DNA of 64,000 nucleotides from Syntrophales bacterium (GTDB lineage Bacteria; Desulfobacterota; Syntrophia; Syntrophales; PHBD01): NCBI GenBank assembly GCA_963668175.1, contig OY764159.1, positions 2,240,001 to 2,304,000 of the forward strand, read 5' to 3'. Shown piece by piece: positions 9,671 to 18,597 of this stretch (position 1 is its first letter; each line of letters starts with the position of its first letter). The notes under the pieces were generated by a model. It saw only the letters and a program-made list of their open reading frames with translations, ran no database searches and was not told where the DNA came from. The position numbers and the translations under genes were made by a program.

Positions 9671-11068
9671 TTACCCGGCGTTGTTCTCCTGCTTCTTTTC
9701 GTTACCGACCGGAGAAGCTATTTTAAACGTTTTGGCTTCCGAGCATTTGCCGCCGCCGTTCGTAACAACGATGAAAACGTCTTGCCCCGGGGTAAAACCG
9801 GACGGGACGGTGACTTTGATGGACGTGTCCTTCCAATCTTTGATGTCTGTAACTTTTGTGTTGTCGAACGTCACCGTTCCGTTTCCCTGCCGATCGCCGA
9901 ACCCTTCTCCGATCACTTCGAGTTCCCGGCCTGCGAGCGCACCGTCGCTCGGATTGAAGCCCGTGATCTTAGGAGTCGCAGCGCCTCCGGTCTTGAGGCC
10001 GTCCGTCCGGGCAGGCGGAGAGGCTATTTTGACCGTTTTGGCTTCCGAGCATTTGCCGCCGCCGTTCGTAACAACGATGGAAACGTCTTGCCCCGGGGTA
10101 AAACCGGACGGGACGGTGACTTTGATGGACGTGTCCTTCCAATCTTTGATGTCTGTAACTTTTGTGTTGTCGAACGTCACCGTTCCGCTTCCCTGCTGAT
10201 CGCCGAACCCTTCTCCGATCACTTCGAGTTCCCGGCCTGCGGGCGCACCGTCGCTCGGATTGAAGCCCGTGATCTTAGGAGTCGCAGCGCCTCCGGTCTT
10301 GGGGAGGCTCGGCCCGGAAGTCGATGGGGCTGCTGCCTGCGCTGTTGTCCTGCTGCCGAAGTAGAAGCCCGTGATGGCCGTCAAGGTGCCGGCGAGCAGT
10401 GTAAGGAGTTGGTCTGCAATTTTGGGAATATCCGAGGGCGTGAATACGACAAGATGGAAGATTGCCACGGCAAGGACGAGAATGAGCGTTACCGCTATGG
10501 TGCCTCGTGTAAGGCCGGTGAGGCCGGACGGCCCCTTGTCCATGGTTTCGAGAAGCGTGTTGACCTCGGCGATTTTTGCGTTCCCCGATAGCAGCTTGAG
10601 AACTTCCCGGCGCTCTCTGTAGCTCAGGTAAATGTCGTAAATATTGCTTCCCGCGGGCGGTATGGCGATGATCAGGATGTACAGGATGAGAATCCAGTAG
10701 CTGTTGTAGGATCGTTCCTGGGATTCGACATAATTGAGCTGTCCGCTGGCGACCGGCCGGTCGTCCTTGCCGATGACCTCGATATCGACCCTCCCCACGA
10801 TGTTCAGCTTCGGAAGCGGAAGGGATATTCCGCCGTCCGCCCCCGGCGCCTGCACGGCGACGACATGCCCGCCGATGTTGACCTTGTTTATGTCTTTCCA
10901 GCCGGGAGTATTCTTGTCCCCTGTGAGTATGATAGTCGGCGCGGTTCCCTTGAGAATGCGGTCGGGTTTGGGGGATACCGGCGGTAATTCTCCGGCGGCG
11001 GCGAAGGCAGCCGCTGCCGCGACGAACATCCCGATTACGGCAAAAAAGCTGATATGACGTGCGCGCAT
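9671..11068 (-). CDS. Membrane protein with IPT/TIG domains and three TM helices ending in GFYFGS
   Basis: Signal peptide; N-terminal IPT-like domain; hydrophobic helices; two near-identical C-terminal IPT domains (PKITGFNP..GEGFG..WKDTSIKVTVP). Confidence 0.8.
   Translation of the reverse strand: MRARHISFFAVIGMFVAAAAAFAAAGELPPVSPKPDRILKGTAPTIILTGDKNTPGWKDINKVNIGGHVVAVQAPGADGGISLPLPKLNIVGRVDIEVIGKDDRPVASGQLNYVESQERSYNSYWILILYILIIAIPPAGSNIYDIYLSYRERREVLKLLSGNAKIAEVNTLLETMDKGPSGLTGLTRGTIAVTLILVLAVAIFHLVVFTPSDIPKIADQLLTLLAGTLTAITGFYFGSRTTAQAAAPSTSGPSLPKTGGAATPKITGFNPSDGAPAGRELEVIGEGFGDQQGSGTVTFDNTKVTDIKDWKDTSIKVTVPSGFTPGQDVSIVVTNGGGKCSEAKTVKIASPPARTDGLKTGGAATPKITGFNPSDGALAGRELEVIGEGFGDRQGNGTVTFDNTKVTDIKDWKDTSIKVTVPSGFTPGQDVFIVVTNGGGKCSEAKTFKIASPVGNEKKQENNAG
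9711..10301. repeat. Intragenic tandem duplication, period 306 bp (two IPT domains)
   Basis: ~9711-9995 and ~10017-10301 are nearly identical at DNA level. Confidence 0.95.
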
Positions 11069-11090
11069 AATGCCTCCTTGCTTTCATGCA

Positions 11091-12611
11091 TTAAGGGTGG
11101 TCCTTGAACGCGTTTCTGATTTGAAGCACGGCGGCGTCCTTTCGCCATTTCAACTGATCGTCATAGGCACCCCGGTTATAGAGACTGTTGCTTCCGTTCT
11201 CCTTGTCCACGGCAATTTCGTTATGGTGGGGCAGCGCTCCGCGGAAGGCGAAGTTCTTGTCCTTTTTGATAATATCGGCGGGAATATAGCACGGGGCTTC
11301 CAGCACTCCCCTGGAGTCGCCCGTCTGGCCGAAGCGTCCCGATATGATCCTTCCCTTCCAGAAGGCGACGGCTTTTCCCATCTGCGCTGGCTCGATCACA
11401 TCGGGATTCGTGCTGAGAGGTTTGCTGCCGAGCCGGTACTGGGGATCGGTACTGTAATCGATGCTGAAGGCGGGCGTCTTCTTCACGGGGTCATAAGGCG
11501 TGGGCTTGCCTGCCAGGCCGTTTGCAATGGCCATATGGGCGTAATTCGTATGCGCATAGAAGTCGCCGATGCCGTGGGCCGCCTTCGCAAAACTGTCGAT
11601 TCCGTCCGGGTCCGTCAGCGGTTGATTTTTGAAGGTGTCGAGGCGGGTCCGGACGAGCTCCCAGCTTTCATCGATATAGCCGTTGTCGAAGTGATCGTAG
11701 GGATTGTATTTGAAAAGATTCAAGTCGGGCGCGTCAATGCATTGGCCGAACAGGATCGTAAAGTTTCGGTTTGCCTGCTGCAGCCACCAGTCTGGAGCCG
11801 TGCCGTCCCTCCCCAGGGCTTCGTTCAGGATGGTCCTGTGGACTTCTCCGTAAAAAGTGGGATGCAGGCCGGACCACCGTTGCTTGAGGGTGCGTCGCCG
11901 CTTGCGCGCGGTATGGAGGGGATTGTTGACTTCCCAGAGATGATCGCCATTGAAGACGAACTCGGGAACATATTCCAGGCCGACGGTGTCTTTCGCGTTT
12001 CTCAGAGCATCCCCGTCGGGCTTCATCCCCGACTGCGGCGCATCGGCCGAAGGTTCGAGAATGGACCAGCGCCCCGCCTCGTCCTTGTACATGACCCAGC
12101 AATGATCGAAATGCCCGGTTCGATTCCCGGTATCGAAACGCCTCACGTATCCGAGCGCCACCCTGACATTGTAAGGGCTGATGCCGGCGGCGGTGAGAAG
12201 CGACGCCAGCAGCAGGGCGCGATCCTCGCAGTCGCCTTCTTTCACGAAAAGGGTTTCGTCCGGGAACTGCCAGTAATCGACTTTACGGTTGGCGTACCGG
12301 ATCTCGTGCTGGACGTACGAGGTAAGAAGGCTGCTCATGTGATCGAACGATCCGGGGCCCCTGCTGTGCAGGAAGTCCCAGTCCGCACCGCGCTGCTGCC
12401 TTACAAACGATTTGAAGTCTTCGGACAGTGTCTCCCGCATGACGGCGTTGTGATCCGAGCCGATAAATTCCCGGACGTCGATTTCGTATCTGCGACTGTT
12501 CCCGTACCCTGCAACGGGCCGCGACGAAGGCACCACGCATTCATGGAGTATGCGGTCTCCGTCCCAGTTCCATCGGATTGTAGAGGAGATTTTAGGGCGT
12601 GCAAACGACAT
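11091..12611 (-). CDS. Transglutaminase-like domain fused to a HET-C / phospholipase C-P1-like Zn-binding domain
   Basis: WQFPDETL..GDCED, DHCW and ILEPS (TGase triad-like); C-terminal HRTIL, HFDN and HGIGDFYAHTNY. Confidence 0.7.
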   Translation of the reverse strand: MSFARPKISSTIRWNWDGDRILHECVVPSSRPVAGYGNSRRYEIDVREFIGSDHNAVMRETLSEDFKSFVRQQRGADWDFLHSRGPGSFDHMSSLLTSYVQHEIRYANRKVDYWQFPDETLFVKEGDCEDRALLLASLLTAAGISPYNVRVALGYVRRFDTGNRTGHFDHCWVMYKDEAGRWSILEPSADAPQSGMKPDGDALRNAKDTVGLEYVPEFVFNGDHLWEVNNPLHTARKRRRTLKQRWSGLHPTFYGEVHRTILNEALGRDGTAPDWWLQQANRNFTILFGQCIDAPDLNLFKYNPYDHFDNGYIDESWELVRTRLDTFKNQPLTDPDGIDSFAKAAHGIGDFYAHTNYAHMAIANGLAGKPTPYDPVKKTPAFSIDYSTDPQYRLGSKPLSTNPDVIEPAQMGKAVAFWKGRIISGRFGQTGDSRGVLEAPCYIPADIIKKDKNFAFRGALPHHNEIAVDKENGSNSLYNRGAYDDQLKWRKDAAVLQIRNAFKDHP

Positions 12612-12683
12612 TTCTTCATCCTTTCTTCGAGGAAGCGGCAGGTAATAAACGTGATCCCGTCCCTTTGCAGATTCGCGGTTCGT

Positions 12684-13328
12684 TTATTTGCACCAGACGG
12701 ATTTGGTCTTCCTGAGCCAGTCCGTGCGTTCCGCAATCCCGATGTATCCGCCGTTGATCCTGCGGGTGACGCTTTTGACGAGGTCCTGGTCCGCAAGCTC
12801 GTTGCATCCTTTGGCGACCCATTCCGATGCCGCGACGTTCAGGCACCATGCGGCGTTCACGGCCTCGTCCGGATTTGCGACGAGATCGGGCGCGGAAGGG
12901 TAGGCGTCCCGAAGCATCTTCGTCGCCTCGGTATAACTGTCCCTGCCGGTCAGTTGCAGCAGACCGCGTCCGCGATAGTTGAAACCGTCGTTCGGGCCGG
13001 TGTTGCCCATGCGACCGCCGTAGACTTCGTTCGCAAGCTTCTGCGGGTTGTGCGCATATGCGGCCGGATCGAGGGGGCCTCCGGGCTTGAAGCGCTCCGG
13101 CCATACCTTGGGCAGCCTTTCGGGGCTGTAATTGAGGTTCTCGTAAAGGATCGCAAGCTCTCCGGTCTCGTGGAGGACCTGGGCCATGAAATGGGCCACG
13201 CGAAGGCCTGTCGCCGATATGCCGTTTTTATCGAAAACGCCCTGGCCGTTCTGAAAGGCCTCGCGATAATTCGATCGCACGTTCGGCGCAAGATGCAGGA
13301 TTTGATCCATCGTAACGGCTATGGTCAT
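12684..13328 (-). CDS. Glycoside hydrolase family 19 (chitinase / endolysin-like peptidoglycan hydrolase)
   Basis: AHFMAQVLHET, ENLNYS, YRGRGLLQLTGRDSY, TRRINGG. Confidence 0.9.
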   Translation of the reverse strand: MTIAVTMDQILHLAPNVRSNYREAFQNGQGVFDKNGISATGLRVAHFMAQVLHETGELAILYENLNYSPERLPKVWPERFKPGGPLDPAAYAHNPQKLANEVYGGRMGNTGPNDGFNYRGRGLLQLTGRDSYTEATKMLRDAYPSAPDLVANPDEAVNAAWCLNVAASEWVAKGCNELADQDLVKSVTRRINGGYIGIAERTDWLRKTKSVWCK

Positions 13329-13476
13329 GTGACATTCCTCCTTTCTGCCGATAAAAATAGGCGGCTGTTCCCCGCTTAAGGCGGGCTTCCGGGGGTTAGC
13401 GGCCGTTCATGTGAGGGGTGCGCATGGATTGGATCCGACATGATGGACCCTCTGAAAATAAGCTCCGCCTCCGCGC

Positions 13477-14277
13477 CTAGACGGTCACCCCGTAGGCCTC
13501 TGTGAATGCGGCTTTAGCATAGGGGTAGCTCGCGTAAGCGAAGCCCTTGTCGCCCCACTCTTCCGTCCCCCAGCTGTTGCGGACGATGAATCTGTCGGGC
13601 GTGTACCCGACGAAAGCCACGGCGTGGCCGCTATTGTTCGCCGGATCAGGCCTGTATGCATCGAGTTTGCCGCCCGTCTCCTTGGCCTTCATCCATGTCT
13701 CGTCGACGTTCAACCTTGTGAGAATGGGTCCGTGGTTCGCCAGCCATTCCTTCCAGGCATTCAAATCGATGCCCAGGTTGAAGTAATTGGCGATTTTAAG
13801 TTGCGACGCCGTGGCGTAAAAGGTCTGCGTATCCCCCTTGAACAGCTGGTTGGTCCAGAAAGGAAGGACGGAATCCCTGACGATGCCGTATTTTCTGGCG
13901 ATATCCAGCGCCGCCTTGAGGCTCGTGCCCTGCTCCTCGATAAAGGTCGTGGGCTCGTCTATAAATTCGTCGGTCTCCTTGGCGCTCATCCAGATGAAGC
14001 GGACGGAAAGCAGCTCGTCCTTCTTCAGGCGGCCCGCCTTCACGAAATGCCAGCGGATGACCGAGTCCGTGGAGGCCCATCCGACGCACGATCCCGTATC
14101 TTGCTGATCCGCGACCTTCCACCAGGATTCACGCAGGTCCTTTCTGGCGGGTACGGGCGGCTGTGCCGCGAGCAGCCCCGCACTCTTGGCGTGCGAAATC
14201 TGCCAATCCTTTTCGATGCCGCGCGACGGAACGCAATTTAAGATCCTTTGACTGGCCGAACTTTTCTTTGCTTTCAT
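13477..14277 (-). CDS. Papain-family (C1) cysteine peptidase
   Basis: DQQDTGSCVGW (Q, catalytic C), GHAVAFVGY (H), VRNSWG (N); AAGGAGG RBS before MKAKK. Confidence 0.9.
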   Translation of the reverse strand: MKAKKSSASQRILNCVPSRGIEKDWQISHAKSAGLLAAQPPVPARKDLRESWWKVADQQDTGSCVGWASTDSVIRWHFVKAGRLKKDELLSVRFIWMSAKETDEFIDEPTTFIEEQGTSLKAALDIARKYGIVRDSVLPFWTNQLFKGDTQTFYATASQLKIANYFNLGIDLNAWKEWLANHGPILTRLNVDETWMKAKETGGKLDAYRPDPANNSGHAVAFVGYTPDRFIVRNSWGTEEWGDKGFAYASYPYAKAAFTEAYGVTV

Positions 14278-14784
14278 AACGACCTCCTTACGAAATGATG
14301 ATGGAGCGAATCGTTTACATGGGACGCGCGGCGCAGGCGATGCCCGTGCTTCGCCGCTTTCTTGTTTGCGGGTCGACGACACCGCCCGGCTGCATGAATG
14401 CCTGGCGATCTTCATCAATCCCTTAAGGCAAGGAGGAGCGGGAGGTACGCTTTCCGGTCGGGAAGCCGGAGATAATACGCAATGGGATCAGAATGTGAGT
14501 ATGAAATGGCGATTTGTACAATATGCTTAAGAAATATCGATGTACCCGTCGAAAAGGTGATGAGTTGTGTGATGTATGGAAGATATGGTATTATATATTT
14601 AAACAAATGTTACAAAATTGTCAAGAACTATTTCAATAATAAAATATTAATATAATATCGTTTATATCTTAGTTGCCCGAGGAGTGCTTTACATTCGATC
14701 TGTCGGGCTGCCGGCTAAACGCACGGGTGCGGTCTGTTGCGAATGCAGGGAAATACAAGGTGCTTCTTCCCCTTGCGAGTATCT

Positions 14785-14913
14785 TCATCTCCTGAACGAC
14801 GGCACGGCGAGGACCAGCACGAGGGAAAACAGGGGGAAGATAACCTGGCCGCCCAGGAGCCATTCGACATTCGTGAGTTCGGCGATCCTTGCGAAGACGA
14901 CGACAAGCACCCC
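14785..14913 (-). repeat. Orphan duplicate of the last 43 codons of the MFS gene (other copy at 16572-16700)
   Basis: 129 bp with 12 mismatches by manual count; both copies encode ...VPSFRR-stop. Confidence 0.95.
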
Positions 14914-14923
14914 TGAGAAGGCG

Positions 14924-16093
14924 TTATCTCAACTGTTGCGATACGATTTCTGCGTTCGAGCAGCCCTTCGGCTGCCCTAATTCACAGGCCTTCTGAAAGT
15001 CGGGAAGCGCCCTTCTCAGATTCCCTTCCCGGTAGCAGGCCACGCCGCGATTCAGATATATCCTGCTTTGAACATCCCGTACGTTAATCGATATGGTAAG
15101 GGCGGTATCGTAATCTCTTATGGCCATCCCGTATTGACCGATCGCACTGTAGCTGTTGCCTCGATTGTAATAGATATTGGTCATCTCTTTGTACAGGGGG
15201 TCGTAATTATACCGGTCATAGATGCCCTGGATGAGCATGGTGTAGGTTTCTATCGCCTTGTGATGCTCATTCATGCCTGCATAACGATTCCCGATATCCA
15301 CCACCCGGTAAAGCAGGGAATACTCGTCTTTTTCCTGACATTTGACGTCGCATAGACTCAGCGCCTTTTTATAATCGGAAATGGCCCTGTCGAAATCGCC
15401 CAGTATAATGTAACAATGCCCCCGATAGGAATAGGCCTGGCCGTTCTGGGGGTCCAGGGCAAGCGCCGCGGTAAAAGCTTCCAGCGCTTTGTTCCATTCC
15501 GCCCCGCTCCAGATAGACCTGTTATAATATCCTACGGCCTTCTCATACCATTCATTCGCCTGGAAGCGCTTCTCGTCTCCGGCAATTTTTCCCTCCACCT
15601 CTTTTTTCCGGTCGCCCTTGGCGAGCAGCAACTGTTTCTTCAATTCCTCGATATCCGTTTGGCTCTTATCATAGGCGGTCTTGATTCTTTTGTAATCCTC
15701 GACGATAGTTCTTTCTTTCACTTTGCCTGCCATCTGATCCATTCTGTCCGAGTTTACCAAGGCCTTTATTTTGACCCAAAAATGAAACCCTTCTCCGACG
15801 ACCGTTCTTTTCTTGTCCAAAACGGTGACCTCCATGACTCCGGAAGCCATGATCTTTACTTCATCCGCCGTCAGTTGAAAATTTTTCACTTTGGAATAGC
15901 TTTCCACATAGGTACCCGCCTGCTCGACGGCGAGTCTTTTGGCATTCAACAAAGCCCGGCTTTCCGCAACACCCGGTGTCTCACCGTCACCCATATTATA
16001 CGTGCCTTCGCAGATAATTTCCTTGACTTCGGCAGGCGCTGCGATGGGTATTAATAAAAGAACAAGGATAAAGAACTTCACGAAGTATTTCAT
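14924..16093 (-). CDS. Exported tetratricopeptide-repeat protein
   Basis: Signal peptide; N-terminal AKRLAVEQAGTYVES domain; TPRs (AYSYRG..AISDYKKAL, YYNRG, YLNRG..FQKACELG). Confidence 0.85.
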   Translation of the reverse strand: MKYFVKFFILVLLLIPIAAPAEVKEIICEGTYNMGDGETPGVAESRALLNAKRLAVEQAGTYVESYSKVKNFQLTADEVKIMASGVMEVTVLDKKRTVVGEGFHFWVKIKALVNSDRMDQMAGKVKERTIVEDYKRIKTAYDKSQTDIEELKKQLLLAKGDRKKEVEGKIAGDEKRFQANEWYEKAVGYYNRSIWSGAEWNKALEAFTAALALDPQNGQAYSYRGHCYIILGDFDRAISDYKKALSLCDVKCQEKDEYSLLYRVVDIGNRYAGMNEHHKAIETYTMLIQGIYDRYNYDPLYKEMTNIYYNRGNSYSAIGQYGMAIRDYDTALTISINVRDVQSRIYLNRGVACYREGNLRRALPDFQKACELGQPKGCSNAEIVSQQLR

Positions 16094-16115
16094 GATATTC
16101 TCCTTTTAGCAGGCC

Positions 16116-16356
16116 GCGCTCCTGCGCAGGAGGCCAGCCTCGTCAATCGGCATCATTCTGCATATGCCTCATTATCACTGTGCCCCGCAGGGGGGCTTTT
16201 GCGCGTCCCCTAAAGGGGATAAACCCCCTAAAGGGGATAAACCCCCTGAAGGGGGCAAGGTCACCTAAAGGTGACAAGCCTTGCATCCGGACATTTTTGA
16301 ACCCCCCATTCGGGGGGCGCGGCAGCCTGTTTGAAATCGAGTATTTCAACAAGCTT
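16116..16356. repeat. Dispersed MITE/REP-like repeat, copy 1, with internal CCCCTAAAGGGG units
   Basis: Shares CCTCGTCAATCG, TATGCCTCATT, GCCTTRCATCYGGACATTTTTGAA and CAGCCTGTT..AATCGAGT blocks with 18458-18597. Confidence 0.75.
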
Positions 16357-16571
16357 TTGGTAAATATTCTTCAAATTATCATTTATTAAGGAAGAAATCT
16401 ACGATTAACGATTGGCGCAGGGTTTTCAAATTCGTTGAGAGGGGCTGTTCAATGCATGATCCAAAGGCAGGACAAAGAAAATATATTCGGAAACAGATGT
16501 AAGTGGAAATGAGTTCGCAAAAGTGCATGGAATCGAACCCGTCGGGAAACTGGGATATTCTGTTCGGTTCC

Positions 16572-17714
16572 TTACCGCCGGAATGACGGTACGGCGAGGA
16601 CCAGCACGAGGGAAAACAGCGGGAAGATAACCTGGCCGCCCAGGAGCCATTCGATATTCGTGAGCTCGGCGATCTTTGCGAAGAGGACGACGAGCACCCC
16701 GCCCAGGCCCCAGACGAAGCCGCCCAGGAAGGAGGACACCGTCCCGACATAACCGGGGGCGCGCTCCTGCGCCATGACGATAAGGAGCGAAAAGGGGAGC
16801 ATCAGGAAGAGCCCCAGGAAGGCGAGGACGGTGATCTGGACGAGGCCCGCAGGCGGGGACAGGTTAAAGAGGGTCAGGAACAACGCGGACAAAACGGCGG
16901 AGAGGGCAAGCAGGGGAAGCCGCCCGGTCTTTTTGGCGGCGAGCGATCCGGCCAGCGGCCCCAGGGCGCAGCCCAGCGAAAAGGCGGACAGGAACAGGCC
17001 GGTCGCGCCCACGGACGCCCCCCACTGCCGCAGGTAAATCGGCACGAAGCTGTACAGGTTCATGGCCGTGATGCTCACGGCGAGGGCGAAAAGGAAGAGG
17101 GGGAAGATCGGGACGGCGATCTTCGCGAGGGGATAGCGGAAGCCGTCCGCATCCTTAGGCGCGGCCCTCTCCCCTTTCGGCAGGACGGCGAAGAGTGCGG
17201 CGGCCGCCGCGATGCCCGGAACGGCGATGAGATAGAGTCTCGAAAGGCCGAAGCGGGAAACGAACAGGGAAACGAGGGAAGGTCCGGCCACGAAGCCCAG
17301 CGACGTGGCGAGGAGAAGATACGAGATGACCGTGGGCATGCCGCCGGGGCGGGGGGCCTTCACGGCGGCGAAGGAAGCGGGATGGAAGGCGCAGATGCCG
17401 ACGCCCGCCAGGAGCAGGAGCACGATCAGCGTTGCGTAATCCGGGGCGAACCCCAGGCCGCCCATGCACGCGCCCACGGCCAGCGGCGAGAGGCAGAGGA
17501 AATAGTAATACCCCAGCCGGTCCTCGACCCAGCCGAAGAGGGGCTGCGGGAGGGCGTTGAAAAGGGAAAAGACGGAGACCAGGGCGCCCGCCTCGGTGAT
17601 CGTGAGCTTCATGTCCTGCATGAAGACGGGGAGCAGCGCCGGCAGGATGCTCGTGTAGGACGTGATCAGGAATTTGACGAAATAAAGCGAACCGTTTCTC
17701 ACGCGCGTTGCCAT
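16572..17714 (-). CDS. MFS transporter (Fsr-like)
   Basis: About 12 TM helices; QPLFGWVEDRLG (motif A-like); GICAFHPAS. Confidence 0.85.
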   Translation of the reverse strand: MATRVRNGSLYFVKFLITSYTSILPALLPVFMQDMKLTITEAGALVSVFSLFNALPQPLFGWVEDRLGYYYFLCLSPLAVGACMGGLGFAPDYATLIVLLLLAGVGICAFHPASFAAVKAPRPGGMPTVISYLLLATSLGFVAGPSLVSLFVSRFGLSRLYLIAVPGIAAAAALFAVLPKGERAAPKDADGFRYPLAKIAVPIFPLFLFALAVSITAMNLYSFVPIYLRQWGASVGATGLFLSAFSLGCALGPLAGSLAAKKTGRLPLLALSAVLSALFLTLFNLSPPAGLVQITVLAFLGLFLMLPFSLLIVMAQERAPGYVGTVSSFLGGFVWGLGGVLVVLFAKIAELTNIEWLLGGQVIFPLFSLVLVLAVPSFRR

Positions 17715-17756
17715 TCTTGGATTTCCGGCCGCGATGCCCCGGGTTTCACTTGCGCT

Positions 17757-18320
17757 TCACGCTCCGCCCCAGCGCCGGAAAAGATTGTGCTCGACGCCCA
17801 GGAAATCGAAAACCTTCCCGACGGTCTGATGGACGATGTCGTCGATCGTCCGGGGCTGATGGTAGAAGGACGGGATGGGCGGCAGGATATGGGCGCCGCA
17901 TTCGGCCGCGGCCGCCATCAGCCGGATGTGGCCGAGGTGAAGGGGCGTCTCGCGGACAGCAAGGACGAGCTTGCGTTTCTCTTTCAATGTGACGTCGGCG
18001 GCCCGGATCAGGAGGTTCGCCGTATAGGAATGGGCGATGCCCGAAAGGGTCTTGATGGAGCAGGGGGCGACGACCATGCCGTCCGTAAGGAACGAACCGC
18101 TCGACAGGACCGCGGCCATGTCCTGATTGTCGTAGCTGTAATCGGCGAGCGCCTCGACCTCGGCGGGCTTGTACGCGGTCTCGATCTCCATCGTCTTCTT
18201 CCCCGCCTCGGAGACGATCAGGTGCGTCTCGACGTCCGTGTCCCGGAGGATCTCCAGCATCCTGATCCCGTAAATAACGCCGCTCGCCCCGGTTATGCCG
18301 ATCACGATCCGTTTCGCCAT
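17757..18320 (-). CDS. ubiX: Flavin prenyltransferase UbiX
   Basis: GITGASG, SSGSF, APCSIKTL, RAADVTLKEKR, RETP, FYHQP. Confidence 0.95.
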   Translation of the reverse strand: MAKRIVIGITGASGVIYGIRMLEILRDTDVETHLIVSEAGKKTMEIETAYKPAEVEALADYSYDNQDMAAVLSSGSFLTDGMVVAPCSIKTLSGIAHSYTANLLIRAADVTLKEKRKLVLAVRETPLHLGHIRLMAAAAECGAHILPPIPSFYHQPRTIDDIVHQTVGKVFDFLGVEHNLFRRWGGA

Positions 18321-18368
18321 GCGCTGCCTTTATCCTTTCCGGGCCGCGGGGCCCGCATCTTCCTTCTG

Positions 18369-18597
18369 CAGGCTGTTGCTAATGTTAGGCGCGTTGCAAT
18401 GAGGGACCGCAACGCTTACACCGCCACATCTGTCGTTTATCACCTTCAGGTGACGTTGCGCTGCTGCGCCCCCTGCATAGGGGGCAAGCCTCGTCAATCG
18501 ACATACTCCTATGTATGCCTCATTCCTCGGCTTTCGCGCGCCTTACATCTGGACATTTTTGAACAGCCTGTTCAGAATCGAGTTTTTCAGCAATCTG
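18369..18597. repeat. Dispersed MITE/REP-like repeat, copy 2
   Basis: Inverted CAGGCTGTT (18369) and AACAGCCTG (18570); homologous to 16116-16356; its end overlaps the stop codon of the LpdD-like gene. Confidence 0.75.

Noticed and set aside
12684..13328. Prophage around the GH19 gene
   Set aside because: No integrase, terminase, capsid, tail or replication genes nearby.
11070..13379. 769-aa plus-strand ORF
   Set aside because: Antisense shadow of the GH19 and transglutaminase genes; no motifs; expected with GC-rich codon usage.
16207..16255. CCCCTAAAGGGGATAAA tandem units as a CRISPR array
   Set aside because: The units are directly adjacent with no spacers, too short, and there are no cas genes in the window.
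16525..16545. GGGTTCGATTCC (minus strand) as a tRNA T-arm or att site
   Set aside because: No acceptor stem, cloverleaf or CCA end can be formed.
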